Shown here piece by piece: positions 1 through 8,491 of a DNA stretch of 54,085 nucleotides (positions are counted from its first letter, which is position 1; the number at the start of each line of letters is the position of its first letter). The DNA comes from a virus (lineage: Duplodnaviria; Caudoviricetes). The DNA lies in IMG/VR virus record IMGVR_UViG_3300030330_004653, positions 1 through 54,085 of that record; one strand, 5' to 3'. Made by a program: the position numbers and the translations under genes. The notes beneath the pieces are model-generated. The model was not told where the DNA came from and ran no database searches. It saw only the letters and a program-made list of their open reading frames with translations.

Positions 1-1
1 T

Positions 2-99
2 TTGAGTGCGCTGTAGTGGCTCAGGGCGTTGGACTGTAGCGCGCATATCGATTCGATGCGCTCCAGCTCTGCGCGTAGCTTTGCGCGATCTCTCGCGCT
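2..99. repeat. Terminal direct repeat, left copy (98 bp, identical to 53988-54085)
   Basis: The first and last bases of the window match directly; base 1 (t) differs from 53987 (g). Most likely an assembly overlap of a circular genome. Confidence 0.95.
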
Positions 100-140
100 C
101 TTACCCTCGCGCCATTTGTCGTTTTCTTTTTGTTGTGGCA

Positions 141-308
141 TCAGGTCCCCAACGCGAACGCTATGGCTATCGCTCCGATAATGATAGCCGCCCCTGCCAG
201 TCGGCTGTCCTTTTTCTGGGTCAGGGGAGGGAGCTTGCGGTAGACTTTGCCATCGTTGCGTTTGTCACTGTAGCCCTGACGATGCAGGTGTGTCGGTAGT
301 TTTGTCAT
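141..308 (-). CDS. Small membrane protein, 55 aa (MTKLPTH...AAIIIGAIAIAFALGT)
   Basis: Translated by hand (below the ORF-track cutoff); CCAC leader and AGAGG RBS upstream; C-terminal hydrophobic segment. Confidence 0.65.
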   Translation of the reverse strand: MTKLPTHLHRQGYSDKRNDGKVYRKLPPLTQKKDSRLAGAAIIIGAIAIAFALGT

Positions 309-337
309 GTGGTCCTCTTGTGGTTTGATGTGGTGGT

Positions 338-583
338 TTAGACGTTGATCTTTGAGGGATAGCGCGACCAGTCTATCCAGACCCTCTCCTCACCGCGCTG
401 GATGCGTCCTGAGCGCGTGTAAGACGTAGTCTTGTCACTGTCAGGATCAACCACCTCAATCCTCTCCACCCCTTTGTTGAGCGCGAATAGGGTGTTGATC
501 ATACACCGCTCATGGTCTGTGTCGTTGTGGCTGGCTGGCAGGGTCAGGACCCTGACCGTTATATCTTTGTTTCTTAGTCCCAT
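338..583 (-). CDS. Hypothetical protein
   Basis: ORF track; tightly packed in the minus-strand operon. Confidence 0.6.
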   Translation of the reverse strand: MGLRNKDITVRVLTLPASHNDTDHERCMINTLFALNKGVERIEVVDPDSDKTTSYTRSGRIQRGEERVWIDWSRYPSKINV

Positions 584-600
584 CTTTGTTTCTTAGTCCC
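563..600. repeat. Perfect 19-bp tandem duplication (ATCTTTGTTTCTTAGTCCC x2)
   Basis: Copies at 563-581 and 582-600. Confidence 0.95.
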
Positions 601-946
601 TTCCGAACCCAAGCGGGAAGTCGACCCCTTCAGCCTCCGAAAGTAGATCCTCGACTTCACATAGAGCGCCATCAAAGTCGAGTGCATCCTCGCTAATGCT
701 TTCAAAGTCGAGATTGATAATCTCCTCAAGTTTTTCTGCTGTTGGGCTTCGCTGTAATCCCTCTGGCATATTGTCAAACCATTCTAAGTATTCCGCTTGC
801 ACCTCTTTGACCTCTTCGAGGCTCAACAAAACATCTGCTAATTTTTCTTTCGCGACGTCCGCTGCTTCGCGTAATTCTCCCATATTTACTTGCGCCGCGC
901 TAATGCCGTTGAGCCAGCGTTGACTGCGCGTGTTTTTCTTTGCCAT
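593..946 (-). CDS. Acidic coiled-coil hypothetical protein
   Basis: ORF 593..967; ATG at 946 preceded by TAAGGAGG. Confidence 0.75.
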   Translation of the reverse strand: MAKKNTRSQRWLNGISAAQVNMGELREAADVAKEKLADVLLSLEEVKEVQAEYLEWFDNMPEGLQRSPTAEKLEEIINLDFESISEDALDFDGALCEVEDLLSEAEGVDFPLGFGRD

Positions 947-963
947 ATTGAACCTCCTTAAGC

Positions 964-1170
964 TCATTTTGTGAGCTCCGTCCGGCTGTGGATTGATACG
1001 TGCATCGATTTGATCTCTTCGATTGTGTCAATAGCACGCTGAATTGATGTTGTTTTGGCTACGCAGAGACCCGCCTCAGTGAGGTCGGGGTCCCTGCTGC
1101 CACTGCCCTTGATCAGCTCCAGTTGGTTCTGGAGTCTGATCAGTTTGATGAGGATGTCCTTATGCAGCAT
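964..1170 (-). CDS. Hypothetical protein
   Basis: ORF with GGAGGAG RBS, overlapping the upstream gene. Confidence 0.7.
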   Translation of the reverse strand: MLHKDILIKLIRLQNQLELIKGSGSRDPDLTEAGLCVAKTTSIQRAIDTIEEIKSMHVSIHSRTELTK

Positions 1171-1579
1171 CGGCTTTCTCCTCCTCCGGTGTGCTCAGGT
1201 TTGGGTGTTTCCCTGCCTTGATCTGCTCCTCCATCAAGTAGGCGATCTCCTTGTGGCCGATAGCCTGCATGGATTTCCTCCGTGTGATGAGTCCAAAGAG
1301 CGTATCGATGTAGAGCTGGCACTCCTCTCTGCCCCTTTTTAAAATCTCATTCCTATCCTCGTCAGTTATTTGCCAAGAGGCTTTTCGTTCATAGGCTTTG
1401 TAATGCTCTGCTTCAAATAGGACAGAATCGAATGCTTCGCTATTGCCATCGCTAAACTGTGCATAGACAGCGGGGCAGCTTTCAAAGTTGCTGCTCCATT
1501 TGGCCTTCTTGTCTGCTATGAAAATTCTTGCTGTGTTGTCCAGATTTACGAGCTTCCCGCCTTGAGTTTTTAGCCACAT
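1160..1579 (-). CDS. Hypothetical protein
   Basis: ORF starting 2 bp after the helicase stop; AAGGAG RBS. Confidence 0.75.
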   Translation of the reverse strand: MWLKTQGGKLVNLDNTARIFIADKKAKWSSNFESCPAVYAQFSDGNSEAFDSVLFEAEHYKAYERKASWQITDEDRNEILKRGREECQLYIDTLFGLITRRKSMQAIGHKEIAYLMEEQIKAGKHPNLSTPEEEKADAA

Positions 1580-1581
1580 AT

Positions 1582-3534
1582 TTACTGCTCCTTTTTTGCG
1601 ATCTCAACGAGATCGGGTGAGAGTTGCCTACGATATTTATTGACCAGTTTGCGCCCCAGCAAAGCCTGCTTGGGGGATAGGGTGGTAGTTGAGGCCAGCG
1701 AGTGGCCTATGCTGGTGTCAAATTTGTTGAAGCCCATGTTGTCCTCCTCCCGTGCTCCATCACAATAGTCTGACAGGATCTTGAGACCCTTATGTATTGC
1801 AGCGATGGAGTCGGCTGGTAGGGTAGGCTGGGCGATCTCTTTGTCCGTGACCTCAACGGACCGCTCGACAGGGATCAATGCGATCTTGTCATCTAATTCA
1901 ATCTCGTTGTCGAGAGCAGCATCGATCACGCGCTGCTTGGCTACGACCTGCTCTGCGATGGTTGCGTCCAGCGACCCTTCGATGACGAGGTGCTGCACCA
2001 GCACGCTCTCGGTCTGTCCGATACGGTGAGCGCGATCTTCTGCTTGACTGAGGGTAGCGGGGACCCAGTCCAGTTCGGCAAAAACTACATGCGAGCTGGC
2101 TGTCAGGGTCAGGCCCACACCTGCCGCTTTCAGGTTGCCAACAAAGACATCCGCATGGCCTGCCTGAAAACTGTCCACGGCAGACTGGCGAGCGGCCATG
2201 CTATCGTTGCCCGTCAGGGTCACGACCCGTAGACCTCGGTCTCTCAGGTCGGTAGCGATGGTGTCAATAACATCCAGATGATGGGCGAACACGATGACCT
2301 GCTGACCGTCCGCTGCATCAGCGACATGGTCTACGACATACGAGGTTTTAGCGCGTGCCGTCTCATGCCTCACCTTAGCCATCTCTCCGAATGCCACTCT
2401 CGCGCCCTCTCTTAGGGCCTCTACGGCCTCCCGATACGCAGAAGTATCTTCGGCCACCTTGGCGAGCTGGACGGCAGAGCGCAGCTCTGAGAGCCTGTCC
2501 TCCTGACTCTGCCATGCGGCCTGCTCTGCTGCAACAACAGAGGACGCTCCGTTGGCGGGGATCTCAATGACCTGCCTGCGTTTGGCGGGTAGGTCATTGA
2601 GCACATCGGCCTTTAGTCGCCTGACGAGGATGGTCGAGCGGAGTTTTTCCTGTAGCTCCTCAAGGTTGGCCGCTCCAGAAAAGTCCCAGCCGAAGCCATT
2701 GTTGTGCGCGTTGGCATACCTCCGCGCATACCGGAAGAAATTGTCCCACTCGTCTGGGTCGAGGTAGCTGACCAGCGGCCACAGTTCGATGGGTCTGTTG
2801 ACGATGGGCGTGCCTGTCAGCAGCACGCGCCGCTTCGCTTTGATCGGCTCTTTAGTCCACTCTTTTTTCTTGTAGTTCCAGTGACCTACGAGGGCCTTGG
2901 TGCGTGCGGCTTTTGGGTTCTTCGCGTAGTGTGCCTCGTCTGCAATGAGCAGGTCCCAGTCGTGCTGATCGATGGTCTTACGATGCTTGGACAACACATC
3001 GTAGTTGATGATCAACACATCCGCATCGGCAGGGCATTTGCCCTTGTTGACGAGGCCGATGGTCAGGTCCTCGACCAGCCATTTCTCAGCCTCACGCTGC
3101 CAGTTGAGCCGCAGGCTGGCAGGGCAGACTATCAAGATCTTCTTCGCCTTGCTGGCGTTGGCGATACCGAGAGCCTGTATGGTTTTGCCCAGACCCATCT
3201 CGTCACCAATCAGCACGGCATCCTTGCCCAAACTGAACTGAATACCAGCACGCTGGTAGGGGAGGTATTCAAGTCCCGCAGGAGCGGGTATCTCTACATC
3301 AGCAGAGACCGCAGCCGATGCAGCCAGCGCGTCCCTCCGGTCCTGATCGGCCTGCTTTAACTCTTCGACCAGCTCGCTGTCTGCGTGGTCAATGAGCCTG
3401 CGTGCTTTGTTTATGTCATCCGTCCACCAAGTCCGCGCTGCTGGGTCCCAGCGGAACCCTGCTGACTTGGGGATATGCTTCTCCTCGTAGCTGCTCTCTG
3501 TCAGCCATTTCTTGCTTTGCTTATACAGCCTCAT
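1582..3534 (-). CDS. SNF2-family (HARP/SMARCAL1-like) helicase/ATPase
   Basis: Motifs LPYQ, GDEMGLGKT, DEAH, LTGTP, RRLK, GVGLTL and QAEDRAHRIGQ. Confidence 0.93.
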   Translation of the reverse strand: MRLYKQSKKWLTESSYEEKHIPKSAGFRWDPAARTWWTDDINKARRLIDHADSELVEELKQADQDRRDALAASAAVSADVEIPAPAGLEYLPYQRAGIQFSLGKDAVLIGDEMGLGKTIQALGIANASKAKKILIVCPASLRLNWQREAEKWLVEDLTIGLVNKGKCPADADVLIINYDVLSKHRKTIDQHDWDLLIADEAHYAKNPKAARTKALVGHWNYKKKEWTKEPIKAKRRVLLTGTPIVNRPIELWPLVSYLDPDEWDNFFRYARRYANAHNNGFGWDFSGAANLEELQEKLRSTILVRRLKADVLNDLPAKRRQVIEIPANGASSVVAAEQAAWQSQEDRLSELRSAVQLAKVAEDTSAYREAVEALREGARVAFGEMAKVRHETARAKTSYVVDHVADAADGQQVIVFAHHLDVIDTIATDLRDRGLRVVTLTGNDSMAARQSAVDSFQAGHADVFVGNLKAAGVGLTLTASSHVVFAELDWVPATLSQAEDRAHRIGQTESVLVQHLVIEGSLDATIAEQVVAKQRVIDAALDNEIELDDKIALIPVERSVEVTDKEIAQPTLPADSIAAIHKGLKILSDYCDGAREEDNMGFNKFDTSIGHSLASTTTLSPKQALLGRKLVNKYRRQLSPDLVEIAKKEQ

Positions 3535-3571
3535 GTGGTGGCCTCCATGTGGTGGTTTGTGGTGGATTTAA

Positions 3572-3600
3572 AATATAGTCTAATCAAGCATAATAATCAA
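3572..3600 (-). promoter_or_regulatory. Sigma70-like promoter upstream of the helicase
   Basis: TTGATT-N17-TATATT on the minus strand in an AT-rich gap. Confidence 0.6.
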
Positions 3601-3620
3601 TATACTACAGCACATGATTT

Positions 3621-3902
3621 TTAATAATCGTCATACGGAGTCCGTTCGCATACCTCCTTCGCAGCCGAGTCGAGAGCGGTCTCTTTGGCTGTCTCCAGAT
3701 CGGCATTACTTAACTCGTATTGACTATTTGTTTCATCATCGTCCCTGACTACGCTCTTGATCTCGACATCAGGATATTCTGCTGGCGTGGGCGCACCCCA
3801 TGTGGGGTAGGGGTTAGCTGGACGGCCTCCAGAAATATCTGCTGTGACCGTTACGTCTATTTCCTCATCGCAAGAAGTTGTCATTGAAAATGTTATTTCC
3901 AT
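3621..3902 (-). CDS. Acidic hypothetical protein
   Basis: ORF with TAAGGA RBS downstream of twister 1. Confidence 0.75.
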   Translation of the reverse strand: MEITFSMTTSCDEEIDVTVTADISGGRPANPYPTWGAPTPAEYPDVEIKSVVRDDDETNSQYELSNADLETAKETALDSAAKEVCERTPYDDY

Positions 3903-3934
3903 AGCGGGTCCTTATGTGGTTGGTGTGGTGTGAT

Positions 3935-4004
3935 CTGGGCTTGAGACCAGTATGCCTGACGGCATAGCGATTTAACAGCGGGGATGTCCCCGCTGCCTCT
4001 CATC
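3935..4004 (-). ncRNA. Twister ribozyme 1 (type-P5 permutation); predicted cut at 3974/3973
   Basis: GAT-GAGAG-[GCAGCGGGG acat CCCCGCTGT]-T^AA-ATC-GC-[TATGCC gtca GGCATA]-[CTGG TCTCAAGC CCAG]; matches the twister core (U^AA, GC, UCYCAAGC loop, GAGRG). Confidence 0.9.
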
Positions 4005-4614
4005 ATGGGTGAAGTGGACCTCCTCGCCTGAATGCTCTCCGCTCATCGCCCCGTGCAGCCTGCGCTGCGTCATACTCATCGGCTAAATATTTTTTTTCGG
4101 GGACGCTGACATCTATCGTGGGGCGATAGTCACCCAACGCATTGAGTAGGCCATCGAAGTCCTTAAATCCACTGTTGCGCTCGACTATATCGTCAAGCTC
4201 GACCAGCTTCTGCCTCTCTTCCTCTTCCTCTCCTTGTGTGGAAATTAGATTGAGCTTGTGATCGAACTCCACGGTCCCATTCCATTCAGACGCGTAGGGT
4301 TCATATTCCCTTAGCACATTCATCGCGTAAAGGCTATCGGCAGCATCCCACCCTCCAAAAAGTTGGAACCGGACCAGACTCAGGTCCATATCGTCTTTGA
4401 CGTTGCGTTCGATAATGTCTTCAATCCTCTCCTTGATACACTTGGCTGTCAGGTCTACGCCATAGGTCTCTCCCTCTGTGCCTTCGACTACGTTACCCTT
4501 GTATGTTGCGAAGATCCAAACGCCCCGTGACCTGACGGTCCACTGATCTACTTCCTTGCGTGCCTCTGCTCGCTGCTTTATAGCATCCTCTTTGATGATC
4601 TGGAAGTTTGTCAT
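4003..4614 (-). CDS. Hypothetical protein; stop codon overlaps the 5' end of twister 1
   Basis: 203-aa ORF; AAGGAGAGG RBS. Confidence 0.8.
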   Translation of the reverse strand: MTNFQIIKEDAIKQRAEARKEVDQWTVRSRGVWIFATYKGNVVEGTEGETYGVDLTAKCIKERIEDIIERNVKDDMDLSLVRFQLFGGWDAADSLYAMNVLREYEPYASEWNGTVEFDHKLNLISTQGEEEEERQKLVELDDIVERNSGFKDFDGLLNALGDYRPTIDVSVPEKKYLADEYDAAQAARGDERRAFRRGGPLHP

Positions 4615-4694
4615 TCTACCTCTCCTTGTGTGGTGGTTGTGACCAATCGCACGACCTTGGAATCGTGCTGGGCATTACAGCCCTTATATTCCAT
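4611..4694 (-). CDS. 27-aa small ORF (MEYKGCNAQHDSKVVRLVTTTTQGEVE)
   Basis: TAAGGAG RBS; ATGA overlap with the next gene; translated by hand. Confidence 0.4.
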   Translation of the reverse strand: MEYKGCNAQHDSKVVRLVTTTTQGEVE

Positions 4695-4703
4695 TTTGTC
4701 TCC

Positions 4704-4970
4704 TTATGCGTGGTGGATGTAGCGTGGCAGGCTGCGGATAAAACTCTCACTGTTTGTGTGTTTCTCGACAATAGCAGCACTCCACTTAGCTGGGTCAAGC
4801 TCTCCGGTCAAAGCCACGAAAAATTCTGGTGCATCTCGGTCCTCCTCAAGATACACATACTGACCGTCTGTGTAGCTGTATTTTGAGACAGTAATGCCAG
4901 CTTCCTTAACTGCCTGCACGCTGACCTGTAGCCAGCCGTGCGAGGGGTCTGTGTGGTAAGTAAATTTCAT
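4704..4970 (-). CDS. Conserved phage/plasmid hypothetical protein (HTDPSHGWL...YLEED motif)
   Basis: Probable start MKFTY at 4970 after a CCAC leader and AGGAG; the motif recurs in early genes of mobile elements. Confidence 0.7.
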   Translation of the reverse strand: MKFTYHTDPSHGWLQVSVQAVKEAGITVSKYSYTDGQYVYLEEDRDAPEFFVALTGELDPAKWSAAIVEKHTNSESFIRSLPRYIHHA

Positions 4971-5383
4971 GCGATCTCTCCTGTGGTGTGGTGGTGCGGT
5001 TCGTTTATCCATTCGCCATGGTCCCATCCATGGGGGCTGCTGATGGCGATGGGGTAGTGCGCGTAGGCTGGGCCTCCATCCTCCTTTACACGGCACTCTA
5101 TGCTGTAGCCTGAGCCGCTCGCATTGCGATGCACAGACCCAGTTCGCTTGACCCTGCGGTCATACGTAACGACCCCGCAGAGGCGATCCTGCGAGACCGT
5201 GATGGTGTCGAGGATCTGTATGCGGACATCCCTGCACTCTGTCCCTCTGATGAGCAGGGTGTTGCTCCTGCCGATGGTCAGCAGGTAATTGTCCAGCTCA
5301 TCTAATCCACAGAACTGGCAGGGGACCTGAGATCCATCAGCCAGCACTGCGGTGGCTCTGATCGGGCTTTTCGTTTCCCTCAT
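4967..5383 (-). CDS. Hypothetical protein
   Basis: ORF with ATGA coupling on both sides. Confidence 0.7.
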   Translation of the reverse strand: MRETKSPIRATAVLADGSQVPCQFCGLDELDNYLLTIGRSNTLLIRGTECRDVRIQILDTITVSQDRLCGVVTYDRRVKRTGSVHRNASGSGYSIECRVKEDGGPAYAHYPIAISSPHGWDHGEWINEPHHHTTGEIA

Positions 5384-5718
5384 ACCGCCCCCTCATGTGA
5401 TGAGTTGAGTGCGATTGTTTTGTTTACGTCCCCCTTAACCTCCAGACTGCTGGCATTGAGGTTGAAAGTTTTGAAATTTATCAGCCGATCATGGAGCGCA
5501 TCGACAGCCGTGCTGGGGCTGTCACCGAGGGCGAAAATCTCAAGGTTCCTCGTCCAATCATTATCGTCAATGTATTTGTGAAACGTCTGCTCAACCCGCA
5601 GGCCAGAGACGATCTTAGCGACCCATCCGAGCTGGCTGTGTATTCGGTAGACATGGGCCTGCAAGTGGTGGCCGTTCTCGACAACCGTTAATGACGGAGT
5701 TTTGTGTTCGTTGCCCAT
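5380..5718 (-). CDS. Hypothetical protein
   Basis: TAGGAGG RBS downstream of twister 2. Confidence 0.75.
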   Translation of the reverse strand: MGNEHKTPSLTVVENGHHLQAHVYRIHSQLGWVAKIVSGLRVEQTFHKYIDDNDWTRNLEIFALGDSPSTAVDALHDRLINFKTFNLNASSLEVKGDVNKTIALNSSHEGAV

Positions 5719-5751
5719 TTACTGCCTCCTATGTGGTGTGTGGTGGTTTGT

Positions 5752-5855
5752 CTGGGCTTGGGACCAGTATGCCGTCAGGCATAGCGATTTAACAGCGGAA
5801 GACCGTCTCGACATAGTGTGTCTGGTGGGTCGAGATCCTCCCGCTGCCCCTCATC
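5752..5855 (-). ncRNA. Twister ribozyme 2 (type P5, extended P1); predicted cut at 5791/5790
   Basis: GAT-GAGGG-[GCAGCGG...TCTCGAC...GTCGAGA...CCGCTGT]-T^AA-ATC-GC-[TATGCC tgac GGCATA]-[CTGG TCCCAAGC CCAG]. Confidence 0.9.
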
Positions 5856-5961
5856 AAAGTGGGTGCGGTTTGTTAGCTGAGATAGCGGGTCGCTGCTGCC
5901 CTGCCGCAAAGGCGCGACCCTCGCTCCAGTCACAACATGATAGTCTCCTATGTGGTGGTAT

Positions 5962-6273
5962 TTAGTGCCTATGTGGTGGTGTTAAGTCGAGCGCGGTCCC
6001 TCTCGGATATTTGACGCAGGACTCGCATTCGCAGTGCTCTACATCCCTCAACATGCCCCTGACCTCATCAATCGAATCGGCTGCGAAGGAGTGCCGATGC
6101 TCGTCTAATCGATACCCGTAGGTCAGTTCGACCCACCATGTAGTCCACACATAGCTGATGCTATGCACGGCTGGATGCGCCTCCAGCGAGGGCTTTGCCT
6201 GCTCGCCCTCGCGCCTCGCCTGTTCAATTGCCTGCCGCTCTGCGACAGTCTGTTTCCTGATGGTAAGCCTCAC
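5962..6273 (-). CDS. Hypothetical protein with a CxCxxC motif
   Basis: GTG start after TAAGGAGG. Confidence 0.7.
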   Translation of the reverse strand: MRLTIRKQTVAERQAIEQARREGEQAKPSLEAHPAVHSISYVWTTWWVELTYGYRLDEHRHSFAADSIDEVRGMLRDVEHCECESCVKYPRGTALDLTPPHRH

Positions 6274-6297
6274 ATGTGCCTCCTTATGTGGTGGTGG

Positions 6298-6546
6298 TTA
6301 TTGCTGGTTTATTTTGGTGTAGTAGAAAAACTTACGCTCAATGCCCTCCTCATCGATTTCGCCCCCATAACCTGCATAGTTATTTGTCTCATGCAGGATG
6401 TTTGTGAGCAGCACCTCAACGCCCTCCAGTCTGCCCTGTTTCTTTTCTTTGCTTGTTCCACACCATTTCGGTGGATTGTGGGTCTGAAGGTAGTTATTGG
6501 CGATCTCCAAAACGTCTGCCACTGCGATAGTCTTCTTGGGCCTCAT
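6298..6546 (-). CDS. Hypothetical protein
   Basis: TAAGGAG RBS and CCAC leader. Confidence 0.75.
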   Translation of the reverse strand: MRPKKTIAVADVLEIANNYLQTHNPPKWCGTSKEKKQGRLEGVEVLLTNILHETNNYAGYGGEIDEEGIERKFFYYTKINQQ

Positions 6547-6576
6547 GTGGTGTCTCCTTATGTGGTGTGTGGTGGT

Positions 6577-6601
6577 GGGGCAGGGCCATCCGACCCTGCC
6601 C
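6577..6601 (-). other. GC-rich intergenic hairpin without a U-tract
   Basis: GGGCAGGGTC-GGAT-GGCCCTGCCC between a stop codon and the next CCAC leader. Confidence 0.6.
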
Positions 6602-6607
6602 TGAATC

Positions 6608-6982
6608 CTATTGTCCGTATGCCTTCGCCCTCATCAATTTGCCAATCTCTTGAGTGCTCAATTTGTGGACGTTGTCATAGTATATTGCAGGCTCCCAAGC
6701 GTCATACAGCTCGTCATTGCATCGGGACTCAACGGTGGCCCATTTTTCATTAGCCCGAATCGCCTTGACCGTAGCCTTAGCTGATGCTTTCAGCCCCGCC
6801 CCGCCTTCGGGACCCCATGGGTCAGCATAAAACTCGGCATTGCTGAGTAGGTCATGGATGAGGATGTCATCCTCATCCAGATAGTAATGCTGGCGTGTAG
6901 TTTTGATGCGTCTCGGAATGGGTATAGAAGAAACCGTGTGGTCATCATAGAATTTTTGCGGTATGCGAATCAGTCCGGTCAT
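6608..6982 (-). CDS. Hypothetical protein
   Basis: ORF with GAGGGGG RBS. Confidence 0.7.
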   Translation of the reverse strand: MTGLIRIPQKFYDDHTVSSIPIPRRIKTTRQHYYLDEDDILIHDLLSNAEFYADPWGPEGGAGLKASAKATVKAIRANEKWATVESRCNDELYDAWEPAIYYDNVHKLSTQEIGKLMRAKAYGQ

Positions 6983-6984
6983 GG

Positions 6985-7284
6985 TTATATCCCCCTCTGG
7001 GGGTCATATTTCCCCGTCTCGCTGTCAAAGAAAGCATTTAGCCCCTGCCCAGCTATGTGTTCTACGACCCCATGAAAATTGCTGCTCCCGCTCATCTCGC
7101 CTGATGCGACCTTGCGGTCCCAAATCTCACAGATGTCAGCACGCTCCTCTGCTGTCATCGATGTGTTGTCATAGTCCCAGTAATAATTGGGTAAGAAGTA
7201 AGGTTTTCCGTTCCCTCCAATGCGCTGACGGATTCCATCAGCAACCATCTCGCTCTGTATCTGTCGCATTCTGTCGCGTGTCAT
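6985..7284 (-). CDS. Hypothetical protein
   Basis: TAGGAG RBS downstream of twister 3. Confidence 0.75.
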   Translation of the reverse strand: MTRDRMRQIQSEMVADGIRQRIGGNGKPYFLPNYYWDYDNTSMTAEERADICEIWDRKVASGEMSGSSNFHGVVEHIAGQGLNAFFDSETGKYDPQRGI

Positions 7285-7314
7285 GTTGATCTCCTATGTG
7301 GTGTGGTGGTTTAT

Positions 7315-7385
7315 CTGGGCTTGGGACCAGTATGCTCATTGAGCATAGCGACTTAATAGCGGGGATGTCCCCGCTACCCCTCGTC
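7315..7385 (-). ncRNA. Twister ribozyme 3 (type P5); predicted cut at 7355/7354
   Basis: GAC-GAGGG-[GTAGCGGGG acat CCCCGCTAT]-T^AA-GTC-GC-[TATGCTC aat GAGCATA]-[CTGG TCCCAAGC CCAG]; P1, P2 and P3 covary relative to copy 1. Confidence 0.9.
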
Positions 7386-7767
7386 AAGCTGCCTGCTTGC
7401 GCCTCTCAATCTCCCTGTCACAGGTGATCGTCCACTCCTTCAACTCCTTCTTGGTGCGGACGACAGCACCGTCTGTGACAAGCGCAATTCCATGCTCATC
7501 ACAGAACCCCGCCAGATTGAGGGGGTTGTACTTCATTTCATTGAGACCCTCGTCACCGTAGATCGGTGCGAGGTATTGCGACAGGCGATCAGTGGCATCC
7601 TGTAGCCACTGCGTCCCGTAGCCATAGGCGTATGGCTCATAAGCCAGCAGCCCGCTGGGCAGGCCCTCACCGCCAACATAAATCTTGTTAGCGTAGTAAG
7701 TGTTTCCGCTCGCATCCTGATACTTGCGGGCGAGGATGGTGATTGATGTGATTTTGATGGTAGCCAT
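7384..7767 (-). CDS. Hypothetical protein; stop codon overlaps twister 3
   Basis: TAGGAGG RBS downstream of twister 4. Confidence 0.8.
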   Translation of the reverse strand: MATIKITSITILARKYQDASGNTYYANKIYVGGEGLPSGLLAYEPYAYGYGTQWLQDATDRLSQYLAPIYGDEGLNEMKYNPLNLAGFCDEHGIALVTDGAVVRTKKELKEWTITCDREIERRKQAA

Positions 7768-7799
7768 TTTGGCCTCCTATGTGATGTGGTGTGTGGTGT

Positions 7800-7870
7800 C
7801 TGGGCTTGGGACCAGTGCGCCTGATGGCGCAGCGATTTAACAGCGAGCTACCCGCTCGCTGCCCCTCATC
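7800..7870 (-). ncRNA. Twister ribozyme 4 (type P5); predicted cut at 7839/7838
   Basis: GAT-GAGGG-[GCAGCGAGC gggta GCTCGCTGT]-T^AA-ATC-GC-[TGCGCC atca GGCGCA]-[CTGG TCCCAAGC CCAG]. Confidence 0.9.
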
Positions 7871-7877
7871 ATTTGTC

Positions 7878-8054
7878 TTACAGAGTGCTTGTCAAAATGT
7901 CACCTATGTCTCTGACGGCTAATTCCCACTGCCTGATACTGAGCCTGTAGTGCTCGTTTGCCAGCGGAGGATCAAACTCCCAGAGGTCTGTGTCTTCAAT
8001 GTCGTTGAGCCTGCGGATAATGATATTCAGTTCTCTGCGCTCGCTGCTCGTCAT
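7878..8054 (-). CDS. Hypothetical protein, 58 aa (MTSSERRELNII...)
   Basis: Translated by hand; GGGGAG RBS; fills the gap between 8058 and twister 4. Confidence 0.65.
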   Translation of the reverse strand: MTSSERRELNIIIRRLNDIEDTDLWEFDPPLANEHYRLSIRQWELAVRDIGDILTSTL

Positions 8055-8057
8055 GTT

Positions 8058-8237
8058 TTAGCTCCCCGCGATGATGCCAGCCGCGAGTGCGACCAGCCAG
8101 CCCAACCAGATGCCAGTCGGGACGTTTGTGATGGATGGGATATTGATGGTTGGAATACTGAGAGACAGAGCGTAACGGCCCGTGAACCGTCCCCGCTCGT
8201 CTCGTATGTGGGATGCAGTCAGCCAGCGATGTGTCAT
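8058..8237 (-). CDS. Small membrane protein
   Basis: Probable start MTHRW at 8237 (GGAGG RBS); C-terminal hydrophobic helix. Confidence 0.6.
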   Translation of the reverse strand: MTHRWLTASHIRDERGRFTGRYALSLSIPTINIPSITNVPTGIWLGWLVALAAGIIAGS

Positions 8238-8491
8238 GCTGCACCTCCATCGGACGGTAGGTTGCACACAAAGCGAAGGCGATCAAGAGCCTCCTCGTAG
8301 CTCTTGTATTCCCTCCCGTGACGGGTATTGCTGTAGGCATCGTATGTGACCACGCGCCAGCATTCTGGGGTCTCTCTCTTACCGGACCCTGCGACCTCCC
8401 AGCCTGCGCTGACATGCACAAGCTGGAAGAGTTTAGTCTGACGATACCCGCCAGTCCCAGCCTTCAGTGTTGTTTCGATTGAGCGATCCAT
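8234..8491 (-). CDS. Hypothetical protein
   Basis: GGAGG RBS; TAATG coupling with the upstream gene. Confidence 0.7.
   Translation of the reverse strand: MDRSIETTLKAGTGGYRQTKLFQLVHVSAGWEVAGSGKRETPECWRVVTYDAYSNTRHGREYKSYEEALDRLRFVCNLPSDGGAA

Noticed and set aside
2-99. Biological T7-like terminal repeat
   Set aside because: It falls mid-ORF and its ~99-bp length fits an assembler k-mer overlap
2704-3360. Antisense ORFs in the track (e.g. 2704..3360, 6163..6753, 18215..18739, 36173..36730, 40294..40884)
   Set aside because: Shadows of well-supported genes on the other strand; no RBS or recognisable motifs
3996-4006. TGATGAG read as a hammerhead core (CUGAUGA)
   Set aside because: No preceding C, no GAAA after the stem, and copies 3 and 5 change it in step with twister P2
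5872-5938. Selenocysteine or TGA read-through at ATG-TTG-TGA
   Set aside because: Read-through gives only ~21 codons, and TGA acts as a normal stop elsewhere
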